Shown one piece after another: positions 10,767 through 19,499 of a stretch of 37,403 nt of DNA (within the stretch, counting starts at the first letter, position 1; the number at the start of each line of letters is the position of its first letter). The notes beneath the pieces are model-generated. The model had not been told where the DNA came from. It searched no databases and worked only from the letters and a program-made list of their open reading frames with translations. A program made the translations under genes and the position numbers. Location: assembly GCA_963807635.1 (NCBI GenBank), contig CAWEDJ010000006.1:1-37403 (forward strand). The letters are read 5' to 3'. Origin of the DNA: an uncultured cyanobacterium. Lineage in GTDB: Bacteria > Cyanobacteriota > Cyanobacteriia > Cyanobacteriales > Microcystaceae.

Positions 10767-12014
10767 ATGAAAACTTTACTTTTGAGTAATGATGATTTGA
10801 AATGGGGGGCAGGACGGGCGGCCTATCGATTGCATCAAGGTCTGCGGAAACTTGAAGTTGATTCCCATTTATTGGTACAAACTAAATTAAGTGAAGATGA
10901 AACGGTCATTGCTCCCACCACGGCGATCGCCAAAACCTTAGCAAAAGTTAGACCAACGTTAAATTCTTTACCGCTAAAATTTTATCCCCAGTTTGATCAA
11001 GGAGTTTATTCGACTCAATGGATACCCAATCGCCTAGTGCATCAAGTCAAACAATTTTCGCCTCATATCATTAATTTACATGACATAACCTTAGGTTATA
11101 TTCAAATTGAAACCCTCGCAAAATTTAAGCAACCGTTGGTGTGGACACTCCATGATATGTGGGCTTTTACGGGGGGATGTCACTATAGTAATAGGTGCGA
11201 TCGCTATCAAGAATCCTGTGGTAATTGTCCCCAATTAAATAGTCATAAAGATCGAGATTTATCGCGATGGATATGGCAACGCAAAGCAAAAGCCTGGAAG
11301 GAGCTAAACCTTACCATTGTTACCCTAAGTCAGTGGATGACAGATTGTGTCAAAAAAAGTTCATTGCTTCAGGATTTTCCCGTTGAAATAATTGCCAATG
11401 GCTTAGATTTAGAACGGTTTAAACCGATTGATAAAACCTTAGCTAAAAAAATATTGGGCTTACCCCAGGATAAACAAATTATTCTTTTTGGGGCGATGAA
11501 TGCCACCAGCGATCGCCGTAAAGGTTTTCAGGCACTTTATCCCGCTCTAAAAATGCTCAATCAGGAACAATGGCAAGCTCGAATTCAATTGATTATTTTT
11601 GGTTCATCTCAACCCCAGAATCCTCCTGATTTTGGTTTTCCCACTCAGTATTTAGGAAAATTAAATGACGATATTGCTTTATCCTTAGTTTATTCGGCGG
11701 CAGATGTTTTTGTTGCTCCATCTCAGGAGGATAATTTACCGAATACTGTCCTAGAATCCCTCGCCTGTGGCACTCCCTGTGTCGCTTTTCACATTGGAGG
11801 AATGCCCGATCTGATTGAACATCAAAAAAATGGCTATCTAGCCCAACCTTTTGATACTGAAGATTTAGCGAATGGTATTCAGTGGATCTTAGACAATACT
11901 GAACAGGTTCATCAATTACGCGATCGAGCTAGAAAAAAAGTAGAAACAGAATTTAATCAAACAATTCAAACCCAACGATATTTATCTTTATTCAACAAAA
12001 TTATTAATCTTTAA
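10767..12014 (+). CDS. GT4 family glycosyltransferase
   Basis: GAGRAAYRLHQGL, WTLHDMWAFTGGCHY, PSQEDNLPNTVLESLACGTP (GT-B acidic motif). Confidence 0.9.
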   Translation: MKTLLLSNDDLKWGAGRAAYRLHQGLRKLEVDSHLLVQTKLSEDETVIAPTTAIAKTLAKVRPTLNSLPLKFYPQFDQGVYSTQWIPNRLVHQVKQFSPHIINLHDITLGYIQIETLAKFKQPLVWTLHDMWAFTGGCHYSNRCDRYQESCGNCPQLNSHKDRDLSRWIWQRKAKAWKELNLTIVTLSQWMTDCVKKSSLLQDFPVEIIANGLDLERFKPIDKTLAKKILGLPQDKQIILFGAMNATSDRRKGFQALYPALKMLNQEQWQARIQLIIFGSSQPQNPPDFGFPTQYLGKLNDDIALSLVYSAADVFVAPSQEDNLPNTVLESLACGTPCVAFHIGGMPDLIEHQKNGYLAQPFDTEDLANGIQWILDNTEQVHQLRDRARKKVETEFNQTIQTQRYLSLFNKIINL

Positions 12015-12123
12015 CATATTCAAGGTTCCAGCCGTTTATCTTCAGATTGTGTTTGGCATTCTTGAATTAATGCAATATTTTTGTCTTGTAGATAGGCTTA
12101 ATTTTGTGAGAATTTTATATTTT

Positions 12124-13311
12124 TTAACTGAATTCTGAGGAAGAACTCCTCAAGCTCAAAAATCTATGTTCTTCAAGCATAGACATAATAGAGACAATAA
12201 ATATTATGAAAGCACCGCTATATATGGAGTGCAAAAACAAACCAAAGATTAATATAGGAAAAAGATATTTAAAATTTTCAATGCGATAAAGACGTTTTAG
12301 GATAATACTGAATGCTAAAAAATAAAAACCAGAGAACAAAACTCCCCTGATAAAAATAAAATGAAAAACAGAATTGTGTGGAGGTACTCCGTGAGCAAAT
12401 AGATTATTGTAATTCTCTGTTTCATTGTCTGTCTTTATTTTTGCCAGTTCAGAAGATGGGGCTCCTAGTAACATTATTTTCTGGTCATTTTCCAACAATT
12501 CAAAAAATTCTTTGTTAGCATTGAATCGGTACCAGTTACTATCATCCTGAAGTGCAAGAAAGCGATTAGGGTCATTTCTTGAAATTCCGAGTGATACAGG
12601 CGAATTAATTTTTTCAGTATAATAAAGGCTATAAAAAAGAATGCTCAAATTTAAAACAATAAATACTAAAATTATTTTTATAATATTAGCTTTCTGATAA
12701 AAATTTTTAAAAAAAATAGGAGCAAATTTTTCTAGACAAAGCAAGATTGCAAACACGATTAATGCTAATAAATAGTTACGGCTCCATAATAAAAAAATAC
12801 AACTTAAACAAATCAAGATTCCTAATAAGTATTTATTTCTGTAACAAAATAAAAACAGTAAAAGCGCAAGAAATCCAGAAAAATTTGGATCGGGACTATT
12901 AAGAATAATAGTAGTTTTATCCCCACTATATCTGCTAAATAATATATGATAGACCGTTGAAATCAAGCTCAACCAGTATATTGTCTTTAAAAAAAAATTA
13001 TTAATTATTATTAACTCTTTATATTTAAAAAGAAGAACAATGATAGTAATAGCATCCGAAAATCGATTCAAGCTCAATTCAGGAATAATATTGGTAAGAA
13101 TAATGCCAATACTTAGCAAAATATCTGTCAGAGTAATTGTGATTTTTCCATCTATCAACTCTAAACCAAAAACTGCAAGGATCATTGGAATAAATATTTT
13201 CGCATAGGGAAAAGTTCCGTAGGGAATAATAAACAATGAAATAAAGGCGTATGTTAATAATACATAGATTAAAAAAGTAGCTCTTGGAATAGGAGAAAGA
13301 TTGGTACTCAT
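12124..13311 (-). CDS. Polytopic membrane protein, probable O-antigen polymerase/ligase (Wzy/WaaL-like)
   Basis: About 10 hydrophobic segments, DPNFSG, SRN and PHNS motifs with a large loop; very AT-rich; convergent on the glycosyltransferase genes. Confidence 0.6.
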   Translation of the reverse strand: MSTNLSPIPRATFLIYVLLTYAFISLFIIPYGTFPYAKIFIPMILAVFGLELIDGKITITLTDILLSIGIILTNIIPELSLNRFSDAITIIVLLFKYKELIIINNFFLKTIYWLSLISTVYHILFSRYSGDKTTIILNSPDPNFSGFLALLLFLFCYRNKYLLGILICLSCIFLLWSRNYLLALIVFAILLCLEKFAPIFFKNFYQKANIIKIILVFIVLNLSILFYSLYYTEKINSPVSLGISRNDPNRFLALQDDSNWYRFNANKEFFELLENDQKIMLLGAPSSELAKIKTDNETENYNNLFAHGVPPHNSVFHFIFIRGVLFSGFYFLAFSIILKRLYRIENFKYLFPILIFGLFLHSIYSGAFIIFIVSIMSMLEEHRFLSLRSSSSEFS

Positions 13312-13325
13312 TATTTCAATGATTT

Positions 13326-13356
13326 AAACTAAGTAGAAACTAAGTAGAAACTAAGT
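13326..13356. repeat. Tandem repeat AAACTAAGTAG x2.8
   Basis: Exact copies at 13326-13336 and 13337-13347, partial copy at 13348-13356. Confidence 0.9.
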
Positions 13357-13512
13357 GTTAGAAAAGAGATGCAAAGGATATTGATATTCCTTTTGTTGGG
13401 ACAATTCTTGGTCTGCGATAGATCCAAGTCAATAAATAGTTGTGACAAGTTTAGAATTGAGAGATATTTACGAAATTTTTGTCAAATAGTTTTAGAAATA
13501 TATTTAAAGATT

Positions 13513-14400
13513 TCAAACGAGAAGCGGTAAAAATAACGTAACAAAATAGTAAACCAAAGGGGCGGTAAAAACATAACTGTCAGTTCGGTCTAGGATACCG
13601 CCATGACCAGGAATAAGTTGCCCTGAATCTTTTACGCCAGCATCTCGTTTCATCATAGATTCGGTGAGGTCTCCCAAAAGACTAACAATTCCAATCAAGA
13701 TACCTAATAAAGCCCCTGTGATTTGCCAGTACGGCCAATTTAGGCACCAGGCTCCTAGAATCCCGACAAGCACACTTCCCAAAACCCCCCAGACCGAGCC
13801 TTCGACGGTTTTTTTGGGGCTGATTTCTGATAAACGAGTTCTGCCCAGCCATTTGCCCATGATATAAGCTCCGATATCGGCTGCCCAAATGCAACAAAAG
13901 GCAAGAAACGTAACCATTAAGGTCATGGAGAAAAAGCTAGGGATTGTCCAATCTGGGGGCAGGTAATCGAGTAAGAAAAAATGACGGCTAGTTGCTTCCA
14001 GAGCATCGGGTAGCTTAGACAAACCGACCCTGAGTCTAACCCAATAACTGGGTAAATAGCCTCCATAAAATAGTCCTAATAAGGAAGTGGAAATATCCGC
14101 GATGGAGGCAAATTTGGGTTGAAAGAGAAGATAAAAACAGATGAGGGTTCCTGTCAAAGGAAAAAGTGCGTCGGTGAGATCGGGGGAAAGGGTGGCGCAA
14201 ATCAGCAGCATTAAGGATAAAACAATGGTTGTTTTTGCTGCGGGTTCGATGCCTTTGGCCCGAACGAGTTGAAAATATTCCTTTTGTCCCTGAAAAATAA
14301 TTAGTCCGATGGCAACGGTGAAGTACCATCCGCCTAAAATGAGCATTGCTAAAGCGATCGCGATCGCCACAATCGTACTAATAATTCGAGTCCAGGGCAT
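13513..14400 (-). CDS. cdsA: Phosphatidate cytidylyltransferase
   Basis: WAADIGAY, ISPKKTVEG and GDLTESMMKRDAGVKDSGQLIPGHGGILDRTDS signature. Confidence 0.96.
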   Translation of the reverse strand: MPWTRIISTIVAIAIALAMLILGGWYFTVAIGLIIFQGQKEYFQLVRAKGIEPAAKTTIVLSLMLLICATLSPDLTDALFPLTGTLICFYLLFQPKFASIADISTSLLGLFYGGYLPSYWVRLRVGLSKLPDALEATSRHFFLLDYLPPDWTIPSFFSMTLMVTFLAFCCIWAADIGAYIMGKWLGRTRLSEISPKKTVEGSVWGVLGSVLVGILGAWCLNWPYWQITGALLGILIGIVSLLGDLTESMMKRDAGVKDSGQLIPGHGGILDRTDSYVFTAPLVYYFVTLFLPLLV

Positions 14401-14581
14401 AGAACCGATGGGGTAAGTTAGGGCAGGAGAAAGGGAGATCCCCGATAAAAAAAGTTAACCAATTCTTATCCTTACCTATTTTAGATACTTTATCTGGATT
14501 TTAGGGAGAACTTAACGTTTCCAAGAGACAAAAATGGAGAATGATGAGCGCGATCGCGTCTTTAAGAATTTTGAAATTAGC

Positions 14582-16225
14582 CTAAAAAGTAAAGGTTGTA
14601 CGAATAGTGCCAATGACTAAGGGGGAATTGCGGTCATCGTTATTGGGGGAGGTAATCACTAAAATCCCTGGGGTAATGGAAATATTATTGTTTATCGCAT
14701 ACTGATAAAACGCTTCCAAGTGCATGGAGGTATTACTATCTTTTGCGCTAAAACCATCGGCGATCGCGACGGTAGAATTGGTGACCCAGGGCTGCATTCC
14801 GACGATAATTCCTGCTAAAGTCCCTTCTTTGAAAGCATCGGGAAAGGCCAAAGTGACTGCCCAATTCCAAATATCTAGGGTTCCACGAGGTAAGATTTCT
14901 TCTTCACTCAGGGCAATGGGATTCAGGGTAGAAGATTTAGTAAAACCGCTCCAACCACCGAGAACAAAACCATCGGTCACTTTCCAAGAAAATTCAAGCC
15001 CATAGGAGTTATTCGCGGTTTTTACGGCTTGTCCTAAGCTATCTTCAGCAAAAAACTGGAAATTGGATTTTAAACTACCTGTTTCGGTATCGAGATTGTT
15101 ATAACCATTGACATAGGTTAACGCGACCCCAAAATTTTCGCTAGGATTGTAACCAAATTGGGCGATCGCCCCATAGGGGCCATTGAAGAATCCCTGACCC
15201 TGACTAGGATTATTGCCTTCCAGGGCGAGATACCCTAAACCCCACTGAAAATCTCCCCAGGTTCCCTGAAAACCGACTCCAGACCCCACCGAAGTATAGT
15301 AAATTGGATTGCGAGTTCCAAAAGCGGTCAATGCACCAGACCCTCCGTCCCCATCTAGGAAATTAAAAGTCGTCAGAAAGTCGTCATGGGTTCCCCCTGC
15401 CCCTAAAATCCAAGCCTGTACATTGCTGGCTAAGGGAAAAACGTAATGAACGGTTTCGATAAACACTTGATTGTCGTCGGGCTGGGCAAATCCAAGGTAC
15501 GATTGAAAAGTTCCACTTTCTTCCTCAAAGGTGGGCATATTTCCCGTCGCTAAACGAATATAAAGATTGTCTTCTCCCGTAAAGCTTGTATTGAGACTTA
15601 AACGAGTCCGATGTCCTAAAACGGTATTGCGAGAATCAGCTTCTCCTCCATTTTTTTCTCCTGTGGCGATTCCTGCTAATCCCAGAATTACCTCGCCTTC
15701 TAATTTGGTTGTCGTAGAAAAAACATGATCTTCCAAAAAGGCGGTTCTTTGTTCTAAGTTATCTACCCGAACGCCCAAACTTGTTAATTCTTGCCTAAAT
15801 TCTTCTGTTAGTCGCTTAATTTTATCTAAATCGGTTCTTAAAACAGTAACATTTTCCTGTAATAATCGCTCCATTGTATTCAGACAGGCATTTAAGCCCG
15901 CCGCAAATTCCCAACGACTTAGAGCGCGATCTCCTCTAAACGTTCTGTCAGGATAACCGACAATGCAACCGTATCTTTCGATTAAACTTTTTAAGGCTTC
16001 ATAGGCCCAATCATTGGGTTGAATATCCCGCAACTCAGAGACATTGGTAATTTGAGATAAGGTATTCTGCTGATTGTTGGGACTATTAATCATGCCATCT
16101 ATCGATCGCGGGAGTATTTTTCTATCCTGAAGATCGGGAAGAGCTTGAGCCGATTGGGGAGCCGAAAGCATAGCACCAGTGAGGGCAAATATTAAAGAAA
16201 ATCCCAGCAAAGAGTGGTTGATCAT
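14582..16225 (-). CDS. Cyanobacterial outer-membrane porin (SLH + OprB-type beta-barrel)
   Basis: Signal peptide, SLH domain (ELRDIQPNDWAYEALKSLIERYGCIVGYPD), FSTTTKLEGE, C-terminal GTIRTTFTF. Confidence 0.93.
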   Translation of the reverse strand: MINHSLLGFSLIFALTGAMLSAPQSAQALPDLQDRKILPRSIDGMINSPNNQQNTLSQITNVSELRDIQPNDWAYEALKSLIERYGCIVGYPDRTFRGDRALSRWEFAAGLNACLNTMERLLQENVTVLRTDLDKIKRLTEEFRQELTSLGVRVDNLEQRTAFLEDHVFSTTTKLEGEVILGLAGIATGEKNGGEADSRNTVLGHRTRLSLNTSFTGEDNLYIRLATGNMPTFEEESGTFQSYLGFAQPDDNQVFIETVHYVFPLASNVQAWILGAGGTHDDFLTTFNFLDGDGGSGALTAFGTRNPIYYTSVGSGVGFQGTWGDFQWGLGYLALEGNNPSQGQGFFNGPYGAIAQFGYNPSENFGVALTYVNGYNNLDTETGSLKSNFQFFAEDSLGQAVKTANNSYGLEFSWKVTDGFVLGGWSGFTKSSTLNPIALSEEEILPRGTLDIWNWAVTLAFPDAFKEGTLAGIIVGMQPWVTNSTVAIADGFSAKDSNTSMHLEAFYQYAINNNISITPGILVITSPNNDDRNSPLVIGTIRTTFTF

Positions 16226-16242
16226 AATTTATCAAAAAAACG

Positions 16243-16259
16243 AGAATGATTATCATTCT
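16243..16259. promoter_or_regulatory. Fur-family operator (Zur-like) overlapping the putative -10 of the porin gene
   Basis: Perfect 8-1-8 palindrome AGAATGAT-T-ATCATTCT 18-34 bp upstream of the porin start; overlaps TAGAAT (minus strand, 16255-16260). Confidence 0.7.
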
Positions 16260-16326
16260 ACTTTAACTGGGAACCATTGAACAAAACCCATTTTTATCAA
16301 TCCAACACTTCTAAAAAGATTGATTG

Positions 16327-17082
16327 TTAGCTTGAGAGCGCATGAGAAAGCATCGTCAGGGCGGTATGGTTTGTCGGTACTGACAATGAAACCCAGAAAT
16401 CTTCAATCTGTTCCATCAACAAATCAGGATAGTCATGGTGAAAAAAATGTTTGCCCTGATGACATAACCAATGGCGATCGCCTTCTTTTAACCAATTTTG
16501 CCAACCATAAAAGAGATTTGGGCTAATAACAGGATCATTCCCACCACAACCGATAAAGAGGGGAACAGTCACTCCTCCACCAGGAATAGAGACCTGTTTA
16601 AGGAGAGTATGAAGGGAAAGAGATGTCAGTAAATCCTGCTCTAGAATCTTAACCATTGCTTGAATATGATGATAAGAACGACAATTCAGCAGATCATAGG
16701 CAATTTGAGTCATTAACATTGAGCGACAACATTTTAAGTGATAAATTTGCTCATAATAATAGGTTTGCCAGTCAATTGAAGGATCGACTCCCACCGAAAG
16801 TAAGGTCAGAGATTTAACATTTTCTGGATGTTGGCGAGCGTAGAGTAGCCCTAACAATCCACTGGCTCCATGACCGATCAGATGAATCGGATGATCACAG
16901 GATTGTAAGTAGTGATCAAGAAGAGCTAACGCTATTGTGAAAGAATTAGGCTCATCTAGGGTTTGGGAATATTCCCACTGCCCTATCCTTGTTTTTTGAG
17001 AAAGTCTGACGGCTAGACGAGAATTAAAGCGTTTTAAAGCAGGACTGACATTTAACCAAAGGACATCAGGAATAATAGGCAT
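16327..17082 (-). CDS. Alpha/beta hydrolase-fold protein, IsiC-like
   Basis: PIHLIGHGASGLLGLLYARQHPENVKSLTLL elbow region, NDPVI, GKHFFH; resembles the cyanobacterial iron-stress IsiC family from memory; Fur-like box upstream. Confidence 0.7.
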   Translation of the reverse strand: MPIIPDVLWLNVSPALKRFNSRLAVRLSQKTRIGQWEYSQTLDEPNSFTIALALLDHYLQSCDHPIHLIGHGASGLLGLLYARQHPENVKSLTLLSVGVDPSIDWQTYYYEQIYHLKCCRSMLMTQIAYDLLNCRSYHHIQAMVKILEQDLLTSLSLHTLLKQVSIPGGGVTVPLFIGCGGNDPVISPNLFYGWQNWLKEGDRHWLCHQGKHFFHHDYPDLLMEQIEDFWVSLSVPTNHTALTMLSHALSS

Positions 17083-17142
17083 AGATAATCTTGGGTTGTG
17101 TTTGATTGAATGATGGATTGAATTTATTTTCTAGAGCAACTT

Positions 17143-17161
17143 ATTCATAATTATTATCAAT
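17143..17161. promoter_or_regulatory. Putative FurA box upstream of the IsiC-like gene
   Basis: ATTCATAATTATTATCAAT, a near-palindromic 9-1-9 box of the ATTGA-N9-TCAAT type, 61-79 bp upstream of the start. Confidence 0.65.
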
Positions 17162-17267
17162 AAGCTAATAAAAAATAAAACTGACTTAAGGGAAAAATGA
17201 AACAATGGACTCGTTCCTTTCTCAAGGTCTGACTCGGATAAGACGCATTTGCCCAGGCTGAGACTCC

Positions 17268-17297
17268 ATATTTAACGAAAAAATATTTAACGAAAAA
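17268..17297. repeat. Exact 15-bp tandem duplication ATATTTAACGAAAAA x2
   Basis: Copies at 17268-17282 and 17283-17297. Confidence 0.85.
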
Positions 17298-17405
17298 AAA
17301 CAAAAGTCTTCTTCGCTAGATACTCCAAAATATGAGACTTATCACCACTTAATTGGAAAAATCTCTAAGAACGATTCCTTCGTTAGTTACTTTTTAGAGA
17401 CGATC

Positions 17406-17476
17406 AAAAAAGTGGGCGATTATGAACTTCCCTAGAAGGTGATCGCCTCAATTAACCCTTGAGAGTAGAACACCGT
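17406..17476 (-). ncRNA. isaR1: IsaR1-like iron-stress sRNA
   Basis: Minus strand reads ACGGTGTTCTACTCTCAAGGGTT..., like the IsaR1 5' seed as I recall it, followed by a GGCGAT...ATCGCC hairpin and U6 tail; about 70 nt; preceded by a canonical promoter overlapped by Fur boxes. Confidence 0.75.
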
Positions 17477-17484
17477 ATTTTTTT

Positions 17485-17537
17485 AGCATAGAACTATTGA
17501 TAATTAATGTCAATAGTTTTTGAGAATAATTTTCAAT
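17485..17537 (-). promoter_or_regulatory. Sigma70-type promoter with two tandem FurA boxes
   Basis: Minus strand -35 TTGACA (17508-17513), 17-bp spacer, -10 TATGCT (17485-17490). Boxes ATTGATAATTAATGTCAAT (17496-17514) and TTTGAGAATAATTTTCAAT (17519-17537). Confidence 0.8.
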
Positions 17538-17764
17538 AAAATTTTCAAAGGACAAGAGTTTGATGGCAATAGGCTAATGAAATTAGTTATAAATAGTCAT
17601 GAAAATATTTTTAAACCGCGATCGCTAATTGCGCAGGGACTGGGGAATCGTAAAGCAATTTTCCATCATAAATTAGAGTGACTATACTATAGGAATATCA
17701 AGAACTAAATATAAAAACTGTTTTTCTAATTTGCTTAATATTCTCTTATTTACTTTATATCTTT

Positions 17765-18169
17765 GTGCGCTCTGAAAAGCCTATTAAGCTAGATTCTAAT
17801 CACGATTACCCCTGTCCTTGTCGGCGGAAGGGTCGTCTTTTACCCATTACTTTGACAGAAGCCTTTGGTTGCGATCGCTGTCAACAAATCTTTGCGATCG
17901 ATGAAAAACGTCAAGAAATTGAACTATTATCGTCTGCCTATCCTTACAAAAGAATCTGGCGTTGGACGGGACATCGTTGGCGAGCTTTACAACAGGGAAA
18001 TAATGGTTCTTTTCCGCTTTTCCTTGGGTTGATGTTGATGATTTTAATAGGATGGTTATTCCTAGCATTGCATTCTCTCCCATCCCTGAGTATGATTTTG
18101 GGGATAATGGTTGGCACAACGCTGGTTTCGTTTTTTGTCTATACCATTTGGCTTGCCTATCGGCGATAA
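17765..18169 (+). CDS. Hypothetical membrane protein with N-terminal CxC...CxxC motif
   Basis: GTG start, YPCPCRR...FGCDRCQQIF, two C-terminal hydrophobic helices; ends 7 bp before the proA-like start. Confidence 0.7.
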   Translation: MRSEKPIKLDSNHDYPCPCRRKGRLLPITLTEAFGCDRCQQIFAIDEKRQEIELLSSAYPYKRIWRWTGHRWRALQQGNNGSFPLFLGLMLMILIGWLFLALHSLPSLSMILGIMVGTTLVSFFVYTIWLAYRR

Positions 18170-18176
18170 TAGCATT

Positions 18177-19439
18177 ATGACTCAAGATAATCCGCCAAAT
18201 CTCCTGCTGACAACGCTACAACGAGCGCATTCAGCCTTTTTATCCCTTAAAAACGTTAATGGAACGGAAAGAAGTCGGGGCATATCGGCGATGGCTAAGG
18301 CCTTAGCCCAATCCTTTGATCGGATTTTAAAGGCCAATACCCTTGATTTAGAAGTCAGTCGGGAAATGGCAGTCTCTGAGGATCTACTAGATAGGCTGAA
18401 ATTAACCCCAGAGCGATTGGCAACAACGGTTGAGCTATTAGAACAATTGGTGGAATTGCCCGATCCTATTCAACGGGTGATGAATGCTCCCTATCAACTC
18501 AATCCTTCTCAGACCTATTGCCAATTGATGCCCCTTGGTGTGGTTGCCCTGATCTATGAGGTCTTTCCAGAATTAGGCGCGATCGCGGCAGGATTTTGTT
18601 TAAAAACAGGAAATAGTTTAGTTTTGCGGGGATGTGGAGCCTCTAGTCATTCTAATTTCGTGATTGCCCAGATTCTTCAGGATGCTTTGGAGTCGGTCGA
18701 TTTGCCGAGGGGATGTTTAGAAATTTTATCTAGCGATGATGTTCCTTCGATTCAGGCATTAGTAACCCAGGATCAATATATTAATCTGATTATTCCCTAC
18801 GGTCGTCCGAGTTTGATCGAACAGGTTAATCATCTGGCAACGGCTCCCGTACTGAAGTCTGCGATGGGAAACTGCGCCCTCTACTGGTCGGCTAAAGGGG
18901 ATTTAGAATTAGCTCGTTGGATGATATTGGATAGCCATGCTAGTGAACCTGACCCTGTGAATGCGATTGAAAAAGTGTTGCTGAGTCCATCCCAAAATAG
19001 TTCTCTGGTCATGCGCTTATTTAGCAATCTTCAGGAAAAGGGATTTAATTTGCGGGGAGATGAAATACTTTGCCAAGAATTCCCTAATTATTTGACTCTT
19101 GCCAAGGAAGTAGAGTGGGGACGACCCTATTTAAATAAGACCATTGCTTTTAAGGTGATTCCCAATTTATCCGACGCGATCGCCTGGATTAACCGTTACA
19201 GCAGTGGTCATGCCGATTGTATTGCCACCGAATCCTATCAAGAAAGCCGTCAGTTTGCGATGGGTATCGATAGTGCTTTGGTTTATGTTAATACTTCCCC
19301 TCGCTTTACCCGTAACCCTAAACAGGGGGAATCGTTATTTTTAGGGATTTCTAATCAAAAAGGTCATAGACGGGGTTTAATTGGTCTAGAAACCTTTACT
19401 ACTCTCAAGCAAGTCGTACAGGGCAACGGTAAGATCTAG
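18177..19439 (+). CDS. Gamma-glutamyl phosphate reductase-like protein (cyanobacterial ProA2 type)
   Basis: ILKANTLDLE, LDRLKLTPERL, PLGVVALIYE, LKTGNSLVLRG, SGHADCI, VYVNTSPRF; ATG at 18177 preferred to the ORF-track start at 18111. Confidence 0.88.
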   Translation: MTQDNPPNLLLTTLQRAHSAFLSLKNVNGTERSRGISAMAKALAQSFDRILKANTLDLEVSREMAVSEDLLDRLKLTPERLATTVELLEQLVELPDPIQRVMNAPYQLNPSQTYCQLMPLGVVALIYEVFPELGAIAAGFCLKTGNSLVLRGCGASSHSNFVIAQILQDALESVDLPRGCLEILSSDDVPSIQALVTQDQYINLIIPYGRPSLIEQVNHLATAPVLKSAMGNCALYWSAKGDLELARWMILDSHASEPDPVNAIEKVLLSPSQNSSLVMRLFSNLQEKGFNLRGDEILCQEFPNYLTLAKEVEWGRPYLNKTIAFKVIPNLSDAIAWINRYSSGHADCIATESYQESRQFAMGIDSALVYVNTSPRFTRNPKQGESLFLGISNQKGHRRGLIGLETFTTLKQVVQGNGKI

Positions 19440-19499
19440 AACTCCTCTCTTTAGTTTCTATTGTCCTTTTTTCTGTCACTCAAGTAGGAGAAATTGACC

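Noticed and set aside
18111..18176. N-terminal extension of the ProA-like ORF
   Set aside because: Overlaps the upstream gene; the ATG at 18177 gives a normal length.
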